From NCBI GenBank assembly GCA_026417535.1, contig JAOADB010000007.1:1-33941 (forward strand): 33,941 nucleotides of DNA, written 5' to 3'. Position numbers and translations under genes: made by a program. Origin of the DNA: Caldilineales bacterium. GTDB taxonomy: Bacteria > Chloroflexota > Anaerolineae > J102. Shown piece after piece: positions 8,164-17,610 of the stretch. The notes below the pieces were generated by a model that was not told the DNA's origin, did no database searches, and saw only the letters and a program-made list of their open reading frames with translations. Positions within the stretch are counted from its first letter, which is position 1. Each line of letters opens with the position of its first letter.

Positions 8164-9201
8164 TTAACTCGTTCTCCCCAACAGCTGGATGGCCAGCTCG
8201 TGCAGCAGTGAACGGCCCTCTGCCGTGAGCGGCGCCTCCGTCAAGGCGGTCAGGGCCGCTTCGGCATGGGCGCGGGCAACGGTTTCGGCATAGGCCCGCG
8301 CCTGCAACCGGTCGAGCAAAGCCAACATGGCCGGCAGATCGGCCGGGGTGAGCGCACGGCCAGGGGCATAATAGGCTGCTAGCTCGGCCGCAGCTGCATC
8401 GGCCTGCTCCAGGGCATAGAGCACCGGCAGCGTCTTCTTGCGTGTGAGCAGGTCGCTGCTGGCCGATTTGCCCGTCAGGGCTTCGTCGCCCCAAATGCCC
8501 AGGATGTCGTCCTGAATCTGAAAGCTGATACCCAACTCGTGGCCGAAACGACGACACGCGGTCGTGACGGCGACGTCGTCCGTGGCGACCAGGGCGCCGA
8601 GTTGGGCCGAAGCGGCCAACAGCGCCGCGGTCTTGCCGGCGATCATGGTCATGTACTCATCGGCCGTGACCCGCTCGCGGGTCTCGAAGCTGATGTCGAG
8701 ATACTGGCCTTCGGTCAGGTGTAGACAGGTGTGGTCGAAGAGGCGTAGCGCCGTCAACAGGCGGGTGGGAGGGATGACCTGTTCGTCGAGTTGTAACAGG
8801 GCCAGCCGCGCCAAAGTGAACAGGGCATCGCCGGCGTTGATGGCCTGCGCCTGACCCACCCAAGTCCAAAGGGTGGGGCGATGCCGCCGGGTGGGGCTGC
8901 CGTCCTCGATGTCGTCGTGGATGAGGGAGAAATTGTGCACCAGCTCTACCGCTGCCGCCGCCGGCAGGGCCTGGATGGGGTCACCGCCAGCGGCCAGACA
9001 ACTCATCAGCACGAGCAACGGCCGCACGCGCTTGCCCTGGGTCGTGTGCTCGGGTTCGCCAGCCTGATTTTCCCAACCCATGTGGTAGCGCAGCATGCGA
9101 TAGAGACCGGTTACGGCCGGACTCTCGCCGACCAGGAGCCCGCGCAGGTAGGATTCCACCTTGGGCAGCCACATGCGGCTGAAGGTTTGCAGATCGGTCA
9201 T
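8164..9201 (-). CDS. Polyprenyl diphosphate synthase (short-chain, GGPP-synthase-like)
   Basis: GKRVRP, FSLIHDDIED (FARM), RRHRPT, GQYLD, KT and FQIQDD (SARM) motifs. Confidence 0.93.
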   Translation of the reverse strand: MTDLQTFSRMWLPKVESYLRGLLVGESPAVTGLYRMLRYHMGWENQAGEPEHTTQGKRVRPLLVLMSCLAAGGDPIQALPAAAAVELVHNFSLIHDDIEDGSPTRRHRPTLWTWVGQAQAINAGDALFTLARLALLQLDEQVIPPTRLLTALRLFDHTCLHLTEGQYLDISFETRERVTADEYMTMIAGKTAALLAASAQLGALVATDDVAVTTACRRFGHELGISFQIQDDILGIWGDEALTGKSASSDLLTRKKTLPVLYALEQADAAAAELAAYYAPGRALTPADLPAMLALLDRLQARAYAETVARAHAEAALTALTEAPLTAEGRSLLHELAIQLLGRTS

Positions 9202-9230
9202 CCGAACTCCCTCATGAGGCTGATGGAAGG

Positions 9231-9280
9231 GACGAAAGACAAGGGACGGAGGACGAAGAAAACATCGTCTTGCGTTCTCG
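9231..9280. repeat. GACGRWR heptamer inverted-tandem repeat
   Basis: GACGAAA GACAAGG GACGGAG GACGAAG aaaa CATCGTC TTGCGTT, between fni and the prenyl synthase gene. Confidence 0.75.
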
Positions 9281-9339
9281 CTCTCGATGGTTGGTCGCCG
9301 ACGCAGACGGAGGATCCATCCGGACGAGGCAGACTCCGA

Positions 9340-10401
9340 TCACCATTCGAACTCCGGAAGCGAATGGGGGCCGATCAGGCGCCCCGGTTCGGCCAGCGCC
9401 TTCAGGTCGGCGGCGCCGGCCACGAACATGGCCACGCGTAGCTCGGCCACCGTGGCCTCGATCTCCTCGCTCACGGCCTCGACCCCACGGGCCGCAGCCT
9501 TGAGAAACGGTCCGGCCATCCCACCCAGGGTCGCGCCCAAGGCCAGACATTTGGCCAGGTCAATACCCCCGCGCAGCCCACCGCTGGCAAAGAGCATCAT
9601 ATCGGGCAGGGTTTGGCGCACGAGCCGGAGGGAAAGGGCCGTGGGCAGCCCCCAATCGGCAAAGGCGCGGGCCAAACGCCGCAAACGCTCGCTGCCGGCG
9701 CGGTGGTATTCGACTTCGGTCCACGAAGTCCCACCAGCGCCGGCCACGTCAATGGCGGCCACGCCGGCATTGGCCAGGAGCCGGGCCGTTTGCGGCGAGA
9801 TACCCCAGCCGACCTCCTTGGCGACAACGGGCACCGGCAGCTGCCGACACACGGCTTCGATCTTGGCGGCCAGACCGGCCCAGTTCCAGTCGCCATCGGC
9901 CTGGACGGCCTCTTGCAGGGGGTTGAGATGGAGGATGAGGGCATCGGCCTCGACCATCTCGACGGCGCGGCGGCAGTGGTCCACCGTGTAGCCCTTGTTG
10001 AGCTGAACCGCACCCAAGTTGGCGAAGAGCAGGATGTGCGGCGCCACCTTGCGCACTTGAAAGGTGGCGGCAAATTCGGGTTCCTCGAGCGCAGCCCGTT
10101 GCGACCCCAACCCCATGGCGATGCCGGCAGCTTCGGCGGCCTCGGCCAGATGGAAGTTGATGCGTCCGGCCTCGGGCGTTCCCCCTGTCATCGAGGAGAT
10201 GAGCAGGGGCGCCCGCAGGGTCTTGCCGAAAACCGTGACGGTGGTGTCAACGGTGGTCAGATCGAGCTCGGGCAGACCCTGGTGCAGAAAACGGTAGTGT
10301 TCGAGTCCCGTCGTCAGATTGGGAAAGCCGACGTTCTCTTCGAGATTGATGCGGATGTGGTCGGCCTTGCGGCCGGCATGGCGTCCGGTCATGGTGCTCA
10401 T
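9340..10401 (-). CDS. fni: Type 2 (FMN-dependent) isopentenyl-diphosphate delta-isomerase
   Basis: [36 protein letters not shown] and GAGGTSW motifs. Start may be 10392. Confidence 0.96.
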   Translation of the reverse strand: MSTMTGRHAGRKADHIRINLEENVGFPNLTTGLEHYRFLHQGLPELDLTTVDTTVTVFGKTLRAPLLISSMTGGTPEAGRINFHLAEAAEAAGIAMGLGSQRAALEEPEFAATFQVRKVAPHILLFANLGAVQLNKGYTVDHCRRAVEMVEADALILHLNPLQEAVQADGDWNWAGLAAKIEAVCRQLPVPVVAKEVGWGISPQTARLLANAGVAAIDVAGAGGTSWTEVEYHRAGSERLRRLARAFADWGLPTALSLRLVRQTLPDMMLFASGGLRGGIDLAKCLALGATLGGMAGPFLKAAARGVEAVSEEIEATVAELRVAMFVAGAADLKALAEPGRLIGPHSLPEFEW

Positions 10402-10411
10402 TCCGAAAGGG

Positions 10412-10441
10412 AGTGTAGCCGCAGCCCGCGCGGCCTGTCAA
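10412..10441 (-). promoter_or_regulatory. Sigma70-type promoter for fni
   Basis: Minus strand TTGACA-N18-TACACT, ending 10 nt before ATG 10401. Confidence 0.65.
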
Positions 10442-10572
10442 ACCGGACTGCCTGCACATACCACCCACCCGATGGGAACCCATCCGGCTACGGGAGGGAA
10501 GCCCTTTTGAGGACCGTTGCCGGGTCTACAAGCCGTTCGATTCGCAGCCCGACCCTGAACGGTCAAGCCAAC

Positions 10573-11472
10573 TCAACCGGGTTCGGCGCCGTCGGGGAGA
10601 AACGCGTACAGCTCCTCCGGGCGGCTCACATCGAGAGCCGGGTCGAGCAGCTCGCTCAGTTCATCGGCCGAGAGACGCTCCAGTCGGACGACCAGCTCCT
10701 CCGGCACCTCGCCAAAGCGATGCCGGAGCACGCCCAAGAGCATCTTCAGCACTTTTTCGCGGCCCTGTTGCAAACCCTGCTCCAGGCCCTGTTGCAAACC
10801 CTGCTCCAGGCCTTCGCTGAAAATCTCCTGATACCAGGGCGATTCACGGAGAACGACCATATCCCACCTCATGATGCGTCGAATGAGTTCGCTTGGAAAG
10901 ACAAAACGGGCAAAAAACGCCAGCAACGTCTCCATCTCCGCCAGGTTCGGGTCGGCGCGCAACAGCTGCAACGCCTGCGCCAAGGCCCCGGCGTCGTTCC
11001 CACCCTGCATGACGGGCACAAACGGCAAAAGCGGCCACAGCGGTTCCTGCAGGATGGGACGGGCATCGAGCTCCCACAGGTTCACCTGATGGAAATCCTG
11101 CCGCGCCACCAGGCCTAGGAACTCGGTCTCGAAGCGGGTCGGGAGCGGTGCGGCACCGGCTCCGGAGAGGATGTTCACCACCACGGGATAGACCGGGAGG
11201 GCATAGCGTTCGCGGGCGAGGGCCGTGTAGGCCGTCAGGCGCCGCGGCATGTCCGGGTCGGGGCGGAGTTGCATTTCGTTGATGACGAGGAAGTCGCCGT
11301 GGAGGGGGCTGTGGGCCCGCAGGAGGATGTCGGTTTCGCGGCTGACCCATTGGAAGTCGGCGGTGAGGAGGGCGAGGGCTTCGACGGTGTCGTCGCGAAG
11401 GAGCCAACGGAGCCAGGCCGTCGGGGCCAAGCTGATGAGTCGTTTACTGCCGATGTCGGCGCCGCGGGCCAT
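10573..11472 (-). CDS. Rpn-family PD-(D/E)XK-like nuclease / putative transposase with DUF4351-like C-terminus
   Basis: ETDILL...NEMQ catalytic-type motif, YPVVVN, LLPFVPVM, ESPWYQEI, repeated EQGLQQG, and RHRFG..LS..EL..L tail; AGGAGG RBS. Confidence 0.85.
   Translation of the reverse strand: MARGADIGSKRLISLAPTAWLRWLLRDDTVEALALLTADFQWVSRETDILLRAHSPLHGDFLVINEMQLRPDPDMPRRLTAYTALARERYALPVYPVVVNILSGAGAAPLPTRFETEFLGLVARQDFHQVNLWELDARPILQEPLWPLLPFVPVMQGGNDAGALAQALQLLRADPNLAEMETLLAFFARFVFPSELIRRIMRWDMVVLRESPWYQEIFSEGLEQGLQQGLEQGLQQGREKVLKMLLGVLRHRFGEVPEELVVRLERLSADELSELLDPALDVSRPEELYAFLPDGAEPG
10761..10812. repeat. 24-bp perfect tandem duplication encoding (GLEQGLQQ)x2
   Basis: GGCCCTGTTGCAAACCCTGCTCCA repeated twice. 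Confidence 0.9.
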
Positions 11473-11535
11473 GGCTGACCTCCTGGGGTGAGGGGCTCGT
11501 GCGGATGGGCCGCCGGGTTGGGAGCGGATACAGGC

Positions 11536-11544
11536 ATTATAGCA
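11536..11544 (-). promoter_or_regulatory. Extended -10 promoter for the Rpn gene
   Basis: Minus strand TGCTATAAT about 65 nt upstream of ATG 11472. Confidence 0.55.
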
Positions 11545-11596
11545 CGGCTTGCGGCGATCCGGCTATGACCGCCTTACGCCGGTCGCCGTTTCCTTT

Positions 11597-11626
11597 TTGA
11601 CACACCCTTCGGTCGGCTCCTATAAT
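11597..11626 (+). promoter_or_regulatory. Sigma70 promoter for secDF
   Basis: Consensus TTGACA-N18-TATAAT. Confidence 0.8.
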
Positions 11627-11703
11627 CAGCCGGCTTGTAACGTTTTTTCCATCACGGTGGCCTTGGGCCGCCTTTTTTCTGTTTTTGACCGGCTCCTTTG
11701 CCC

Positions 11704-13053
11704 ATGACTTCACGTACCCTGATCGCTCTCGTTTTTATCTTGCTTCTGGCGGGCCTGGCGACCTTTCTGGCCCTGCCCGTGGCCAAACCGGCCTGGTTCG
11801 TGCGCATCGTGGCGCCCCATCAGCCCGATGACGTCACGCTGGACCTCAAACTGGGCCTCGACCTGCAAGGCGGCACCCAGGTCGTCCTTCAGGCCAAACC
11901 CCATGCCGGCGGCCAGGCCACAACCGATGATATGAACACGGCCCGCACCATCATCGAACGTCGCGTCAACGGCCTGGGCGTGGCCGAACCCGAGGTCCAA
12001 GTCAGCGGCGACCGGATCATCGTTGCCTTGCCTGGCATTCGCAACCCGGATGCCGCCATCGCCACCCTCGCTAGCACCGGCCAACTCGAGTTCGTGGACA
12101 TGGGCGATAGCCCGGCTCAGGTGGGCACTCGGGTGGTCACCTCGCTCGATGCCACCGATGTGCCCACGGGCACCGTGGTCTATCGCACCGTCGTCACCGG
12201 CGACCAGTTGGAATCAGTGGACGTAAGCCGCGACCCCACCACGCAGGCCATCTTCATCGCCTTCCGTTTCAAACCCGAAGGCGCCCGGCTCTTCCAGGAG
12301 TACACCAGCCAAAACATCGGCAAGTTCCTGGGTATCGTCCTCGATAAGACCGTGCTTTCGGCGCCGGTGGTACGGGCGGCCATCAGCGATAGCGGCATCA
12401 TCGAGGGCGATTTCACCCTGGAAGAGGCGCAAAACCTGGCCGTGCAGATGCGCTACGGCGCCTTGCCCGTGCCGTTGGAGGTAGCGGCGGTACGTACCGT
12501 TGGCCCCCGGTTGGGTCAGGACTCGGTTCGTTCGAGCATCACGGCGGGGACCATCGGCGTCATCATCGTGCTGCTGTTCATGATCACCTACTACCGCGTG
12601 CCGGGTTTTCTGGCCAGTTTGGCCCTGATGCTCTACGCGGCGCTCAACCTGAGCATCTACAAGCTCGTCCCCGTGGTGCTCACCCTGCCCGGCATCGCCG
12701 GTTTTCTCCTCTCGACCGGTATGGCCGTGGATGCCAACATCCTCATTTTCGAGCGCATGAAAGAGGAGCTGCGTGCAGGACGCACCCTGGGCAATGCCGT
12801 GGAAGCCGGCTTTGCCCGCGCCTGGACTTCCATCCTCGATTCCAACCTGTCCACCCTGATCACCTGCGTCATCCTCTACTACTTCGGTTCGAGCTTCGGC
12901 GCTTCCATCGTCCAGGGCTTTGCCGTTACCCTGGGTATCGGCGTGCTCATCTCCATGTTCACCGCCGTGCTGGTCACCCGCACCCTGATGCGCACCCTTG
13001 TCGGCCTGGTCGGTGAACGTCTCCAATCGCGGCCGATACTGCTCGGCGCCTGA
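11704..13053 (+). CDS. secD: Protein translocase subunit SecD
   Basis: LGLDLQGG, RRVNGLGVAEP, GALPVPL, VGPRLG and GMAVDANILIFER motifs. Confidence 0.97.
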   Translation: MTSRTLIALVFILLLAGLATFLALPVAKPAWFVRIVAPHQPDDVTLDLKLGLDLQGGTQVVLQAKPHAGGQATTDDMNTARTIIERRVNGLGVAEPEVQVSGDRIIVALPGIRNPDAAIATLASTGQLEFVDMGDSPAQVGTRVVTSLDATDVPTGTVVYRTVVTGDQLESVDVSRDPTTQAIFIAFRFKPEGARLFQEYTSQNIGKFLGIVLDKTVLSAPVVRAAISDSGIIEGDFTLEEAQNLAVQMRYGALPVPLEVAAVRTVGPRLGQDSVRSSITAGTIGVIIVLLFMITYYRVPGFLASLALMLYAALNLSIYKLVPVVLTLPGIAGFLLSTGMAVDANILIFERMKEELRAGRTLGNAVEAGFARAWTSILDSNLSTLITCVILYYFGSSFGASIVQGFAVTLGIGVLISMFTAVLVTRTLMRTLVGLVGERLQSRPILLGA

Positions 13054-13075
13054 AAGGCTTGGGGGAAATCTCACC

Positions 13076-14020
13076 ATGAACATCATCCGCTATCGGCGCT
13101 GGTACTATCTGCTTTCGGCCGTGGTCATTCTGCCGGGCCTGATCGCGATGGTCCTCACCCTTATCAGCTTTCGCGCGCCGGTGCGCCTGTCCATCGAGTT
13201 CACCGGCGGCGTTTTGTGGGAGGTACGGTTCACCAAACCCGTGCTCCCCGGCGAGGTCGTCCGTCTGTTCCAAGACAACGGCTTTCCCGATACGAACGTC
13301 AACACCATCGGCGATGAACAAACCCTGGAGATCCGCACCGATGTCATCACGCCCGAGCAGAAACAAAAGCTGCTCGAGGCCATGACGACGGCTTTTGGCG
13401 AAACGCCTGAAGAGGTCCAATACGCCCTTGTCGGCCCTGTAGTCGGCGCCGAAGTCACGCGCACGGCCATCATTGCCGTCTTTTTTGCCTCGCTGGCCAT
13501 TTTGGGCTTCATCATTTGGGCCTTCCGCAACGTCTCCCATCCCTTCCGGTTTGGGCTGTGTGCCATCATCGCCATGCTGCACGATGTGCTTGTCACCGTC
13601 GGTTTTGTCTCCATCATGGGCTGGGTGGCAGGTTGGCAGGCCGATGCCTTGACCCTGACGGCGCTGCTCACGGTCATCGGCTTTTCGGTTCAGGATACCA
13701 TCGTCGTTTTCGACCGCATTCGCGAAAACAGCCGCCGACGACGGGGGGAGGATTTCGATACCATCGTCAATCGCTCCCTGAACGAGACCACCCACCGCTC
13801 GCGGGCCACGCAGATCAACGCCATGTTCGTCATGGTGGCGTTGCTGCTCTTCGGCGGTGTGACCATTCGTCAGTTCATTGCCACCATGCTGGTGGGCCTG
13901 CTGAGCGGCACCTACTCGTCCATTTTCAATGCCACGCCGTTGCTCGTCTCGTGGGACAAGGGCGAGCTGTCGTTTTGGCGGCGCTGGCGGGGCGGCAAGC
14001 AGCGGCCGATGGCGGTCTGA
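13076..14020 (+). CDS. secF: Protein translocase subunit SecF
   Basis: SIEFTGG, VGPVVG, HDV, GFSVQDTIVVFDRIRE and GTYSSIF motifs. Confidence 0.97.
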   Translation: MNIIRYRRWYYLLSAVVILPGLIAMVLTLISFRAPVRLSIEFTGGVLWEVRFTKPVLPGEVVRLFQDNGFPDTNVNTIGDEQTLEIRTDVITPEQKQKLLEAMTTAFGETPEEVQYALVGPVVGAEVTRTAIIAVFFASLAILGFIIWAFRNVSHPFRFGLCAIIAMLHDVLVTVGFVSIMGWVAGWQADALTLTALLTVIGFSVQDTIVVFDRIRENSRRRRGEDFDTIVNRSLNETTHRSRATQINAMFVMVALLLFGGVTIRQFIATMLVGLLSGTYSSIFNATPLLVSWDKGELSFWRRWRGGKQRPMAV

Positions 14021-14044
14021 GGACAGGCGAAGGCGTAGGAAGAG

Positions 14045-14088
14045 GACGAAAGACGGAGGACGGACGACGAAAAGCTTCGTCTTTCGTC
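14045..14088. repeat. GACGRWR heptamer inverted-tandem repeat
   Basis: GACGAAA GACGGAG GACGGAC GACGAAA ag CTTCGTC TTTCGTC, after the secF stop. Confidence 0.8.
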
Positions 14089-14125
14089 CTCCCTTTTCGC
14101 TACTGGCGGGGATGATCATGCGGCG

Positions 14126-14134
14126 TGTTATAAT
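14126..14134 (+). promoter_or_regulatory. Extended -10 promoter
   Basis: TGTTATAAT upstream of the gene at 14260. Confidence 0.55.
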
Positions 14135-14175
14135 GGTTTTTTGCCGCGCCGACCCGGCCGGCAGTGCCGTCACAG

Positions 14176-14203
14176 GGAACCGGAGGACGCCGCGCGGCGT
14201 CTC
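14176..14203 (+). promoter_or_regulatory. Candidate ECF-sigma promoter
   Basis: GGAACC-N16-CGTCTC; same architecture as 6669-6696. Confidence 0.55.
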
Positions 14204-14259
14204 CCATCCTGTCCGACGGTTGTTTTTCAATCCATCCCCCAGCAAGGAGTCCATTCGCT

Positions 14260-16581
14260 ATGCACACGGTGTCTCGCCTTCTCCTCGCGTTGCTGGTCTT
14301 GGCCCTCGCCACGACGGGTCTGGGGTCTGCTTCGGTTCCCGCCGTGATGGCCCAGCAAACGTTCCCGGATGACGAGATCGCGTTCATCAACGCCAACAGT
14401 TTCATCCAAATCGTTGACCCCTTTACACCGGCCGGCCGTCTGCCCTTCAACTGGGTTTCGCCCGTAGGCGGCTGGACCGATTTCGTCGTGCTCGACAGCA
14501 ACGGCGACCGTATCCCCGAAATTCTCGCCATCGGCGGCGGTACGGCCCGGCTCTTTGCGCCCTATACGCCTTCCGGCATCACGCCGCCAACCTGGACGAA
14601 TCAGCTACCGGCAGGATTCGTCTATACCCGCGCGACGGCGGGCGACCTCGTCCCCGGCGACGGCGGTCGTGATGAGATCGTCCTCCATCGCACCGATAAC
14701 CGCGGGGGCGGAAGCTACAGCCTGCAGATTTACGATGGCGATAGCGGCGGCACGACCTGGCAGCTCGTGTACGAAGAGTTCTTCGCCGTGCCCTGGATTC
14801 GCATGGAAACCGGCGATTACAACGGCCTGGAGGGCGAGGAGCTGATCCTGGTGCGCAACGGCCTGCCGCCCGACCGCCTCGATCGCCGCATCAAGATCCT
14901 GGCCCGCACCCCGACCGGTGTCTTCCAGACCTTTGCCGAACAGACCTACAACTTCCCCTGGATCGATCTGGCCGTAGGCAACACCCACACCAACAACGGC
15001 AACTTGGCCGAAATTGTCCTCACCCGCGACCAGGTGCTGGGGGTGTTCCCCTCCTATCTCGTGTTTCAGTACGCACCACCCGTGCTCATCGCCGATGCGC
15101 CGACGGGCGAGCGACGATTCTTCCCGCCTTTCTTCGATATCGCCTTGGGCGACACGAACGCCAGCGGTGATGCCGAGGTCTTCCTCATCCGCGACCCTCT
15201 GGAAGGCGGCACGGGCATTTCCCTCATCGGCATCAACCACGGCAGCGACCCCTTCCCGGCCGAGTGGGAAAACGGCGTGCAGCTGGGTCGTAATCTCCAG
15301 GCCGTGGCCATGGGCGATGTGGACGGCGATGGCCGCGCCGAGGTGGTGGTAGCGCAGCCGGGCAGCTATCGCATCTGGCTGGAGCCGGCCAGCAGCCTGA
15401 CGAATTCAACCGGCTGGATCACCGCTTCGTTCCAGTCGCCCATCGTCCTGCGCACGGGCAACTTCGACGCCGACGGCATCAGCTTTGAACCCCCGCGGCT
15501 GGCCGTGGACAAAACGAGCATGACCTTTGGCATGCTACGCGGGGGCGCCAATCCGCCGGCCCAGACCTTCCAGGTGACGAACGCCGGCGGCGGTGGCGCC
15601 ATCGCCTATGAGGTCGCCAAAGAGCGCGGCAGCGCCTGGCTCCAGGTCACGCCCTTTGAAGGCGCCACGCCGACAACTCACACCGTCACCGTTGACGGCG
15701 CCAACCTGCCCCCCGGCACCTATACCGACACCATTATCATCACCGCCGTCACTCAGGGCGTGCAGGATAGCCCCCGTCGCATCGCCGTGACCCTGACGGT
15801 GACGCCCACCGGTCCCGAACTGGGTGTGCAGCCGACCAGCCTGCGCTTCGATTACAATTACGGCGGCGTCATCCCTGCGCCGCAAACCCTGACCATCCGC
15901 AATGTCGGCGACGGTGGTCCGCAGAACTATCGGCTGACGGTGACGACGGCCGACGGCGGCAACTGGCTGCGGACGGACAAAACCTCCGGCCGCACCGATG
16001 ACACGGTTGCCGTCTCCGTCAACCCGACCAACTTGCGACCCGGCGAATACAGCGGCACCATTCGGGTGGATGCCGGCGCCATCCGCGGCAGCCCTGTGAA
16101 CATCCCGGTAACCCTGCGGATCGTGGCCACGGGCATGATCGTGACCCCGACGAGCCTGATTATGGTCGCCGATCCGGCTCTGCCCTCCCCGCGGGCGCTG
16201 ATCAATGTGGACCAAAGCGTACCCGGTCAGGGCGCCATCCACTGGTATGCCTACGCCGTGCTGTCGGGTGACTGGTGGGATATGGCCGATCGCACCGGGA
16301 CATGGGAGGTCAGCCCTGATGGTCGTCGCGTGGTGCTCACCGCTCCTGACGGCGCTGTGACCACGCTCAGCACCGTGCCTTGGGTCATCTTGACGCCCAA
16401 CAACGGTTTCACACCTGGCTCGTTCCAGGTCTCCCTGGACGTGCCCCGAGCGCCGTTGGGCGAGACGCGCGTGACCATCCTCGTGGACGGTGGTCCTGGC
16501 ACGCCCGGCCGTTTCCAGGGTGTAGACGTTCGGATCAACGTCAACAACGGCGGCGCCTGGTTGCCCTTGATCCGCAGGTAA
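14260..16581 (+). CDS. Secreted protein with FG-GAP/VCBS-like repeats, tandem BACON/Ig-like domains and a C-terminal LPLIRR motif
   Basis: AAGGAG RBS; signal peptide ending VMA-QQ; D-x-N/D-G-D-G...E-I/V repeats; repeated WL.V/T...G......V.V....L.PG.Y...I. Confidence 0.8.
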   Translation: MHTVSRLLLALLVLALATTGLGSASVPAVMAQQTFPDDEIAFINANSFIQIVDPFTPAGRLPFNWVSPVGGWTDFVVLDSNGDRIPEILAIGGGTARLFAPYTPSGITPPTWTNQLPAGFVYTRATAGDLVPGDGGRDEIVLHRTDNRGGGSYSLQIYDGDSGGTTWQLVYEEFFAVPWIRMETGDYNGLEGEELILVRNGLPPDRLDRRIKILARTPTGVFQTFAEQTYNFPWIDLAVGNTHTNNGNLAEIVLTRDQVLGVFPSYLVFQYAPPVLIADAPTGERRFFPPFFDIALGDTNASGDAEVFLIRDPLEGGTGISLIGINHGSDPFPAEWENGVQLGRNLQAVAMGDVDGDGRAEVVVAQPGSYRIWLEPASSLTNSTGWITASFQSPIVLRTGNFDADGISFEPPRLAVDKTSMTFGMLRGGANPPAQTFQVTNAGGGGAIAYEVAKERGSAWLQVTPFEGATPTTHTVTVDGANLPPGTYTDTIIITAVTQGVQDSPRRIAVTLTVTPTGPELGVQPTSLRFDYNYGGVIPAPQTLTIRNVGDGGPQNYRLTVTTADGGNWLRTDKTSGRTDDTVAVSVNPTNLRPGEYSGTIRVDAGAIRGSPVNIPVTLRIVATGMIVTPTSLIMVADPALPSPRALINVDQSVPGQGAIHWYAYAVLSGDWWDMADRTGTWEVSPDGRRVVLTAPDGAVTTLSTVPWVILTPNNGFTPGSFQVSLDVPRAPLGETRVTILVDGGPGTPGRFQGVDVRINVNNGGAWLPLIRR

Positions 16582-16603
16582 TCCGCAAGAACTGAGTTCC
16601 CGT

Positions 16604-16662
16604 GACGAAGGACGAAAGACGGCGGACGGAGAGGTTTCGTCTTCCGTCGTTCGTCCTTCGTC
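16604..16662. repeat. GACGRWR heptamer inverted-tandem repeat (best copy, 4+4 units)
   Basis: GACGAAG GACGAAA GACGGCG GACGGAG agg TTTCGTC TTCCGTC GTTCGTC CTTCGTC, between convergent genes. Confidence 0.9.
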
Positions 16663-16711
16663 TTGTTCTTTGACCAACTACCGAAACGAACGAATCATCA
16701 CAGACTACCGG

Positions 16712-17485
16712 TTACCCCCGCAACCCCTGCACGATTCGTGGCATAGCCTCGGCCACGTCGGCGTGCAGGACGACATCGGCCAGGTGGTCGTAGGGTGTGG
16801 GGCCGAGGTTGACGATGATGAGACGGGCCCCGCGACGCACCGCCAGCGCCGGCAGGTCGGCCGCGGGCATGACCTCCAGCGAGGAACCAACCACGAGCAT
16901 CAAATCGCAGCGGAGAGCCTCTTCCTGGGCCATCAGGATTTCTTCTTCGGGCAACGGCTCGCCGAAGAGCACCACATCCGGTTTCAAGATGCTGCCGCAG
17001 CGTTGACAGACAGGCAACTCCCCCCGCTCCAGAAACGCCGGCAGATAGCCGTCCATGGCGTCTTGAAAGCGACAGCGCAGACATTGCACGGTGCGCAAAT
17101 GGCCGTGCAACTCGACGACCCGCCGGGAGCCGGCCTTTTGGTGGAGGGCGTCAATATTTTGGGTGATCAGCAGATGGAGCTTGCCCAGCCGTTCCAGTTC
17201 AACCAGCGCGAGATGGGCCGGATTGGGACGGGCCTGTACGATTTTTTGCGCCAGGGGCCGTATCCACTCGTAAAAACGCTGCGGTTTCTCGCGAAAACCC
17301 CAGATCGAGGCGATTTCTAGCGGGTCCCAGTGGCTCCACAAACCTGTGCCGGGAGAGCGAAAATCGGGAATGCCGGATGGGGTCGAAATGCCCGCGCCGG
17401 TAAGCACCACCACCCGATGGGCTTCGCGCAACAGATGGATGGCCGATTCGAGTTGGGAACGGTCGAGACGGGGACGACGTAACAC
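16712..17485 (-). CDS. NAD-dependent protein deacylase, Sir2 family
   Basis: TGAGISTPSGIPDFR, ITQNID, ELHG, two CxxC, KPDVVLFGE and GSSL motifs. Start codon uncertain. Confidence 0.95.
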   Translation of the reverse strand: MLRRPRLDRSQLESAIHLLREAHRVVVLTGAGISTPSGIPDFRSPGTGLWSHWDPLEIASIWGFREKPQRFYEWIRPLAQKIVQARPNPAHLALVELERLGKLHLLITQNIDALHQKAGSRRVVELHGHLRTVQCLRCRFQDAMDGYLPAFLERGELPVCQRCGSILKPDVVLFGEPLPEEEILMAQEEALRCDLMLVVGSSLEVMPAADLPALAVRRGARLIIVNLGPTPYDHLADVVLHADVAEAMPRIVQGLRG

Positions 17486-17525
17486 AGAGGCAGATAAACA
17501 GGCGGGCGAGGGAGAGCAGGAGGCT

Positions 17526-17554
17526 TTGACACTCTATTGGGCCTATTGTACACT
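17526..17554 (+). promoter_or_regulatory. Sigma70-type promoter, overlapping a candidate divergent -10
   Basis: TTGACA-N17-TACACT on +; TACAAT on the minus strand at 17545-17550 points to the sirtuin gene. Confidence 0.65.
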
Positions 17555-17610
17555 GTTTTACGCTGATCGTCGAAATGACCGACCATTTTCGCAAGACAAA
17601 GGAAATGTCC

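Noticed and set aside
10500-11540. Rpn gene as an IS element
   Set aside because: No terminal inverted repeats or target-site duplication found; only a local hairpin near 10512-10564.
16712-17485. Sir2 as an anti-phage effector (Thoeris/DSR type)
   Set aside because: It is a canonical zinc-binding deacylase of about 250 aa in a housekeeping context.
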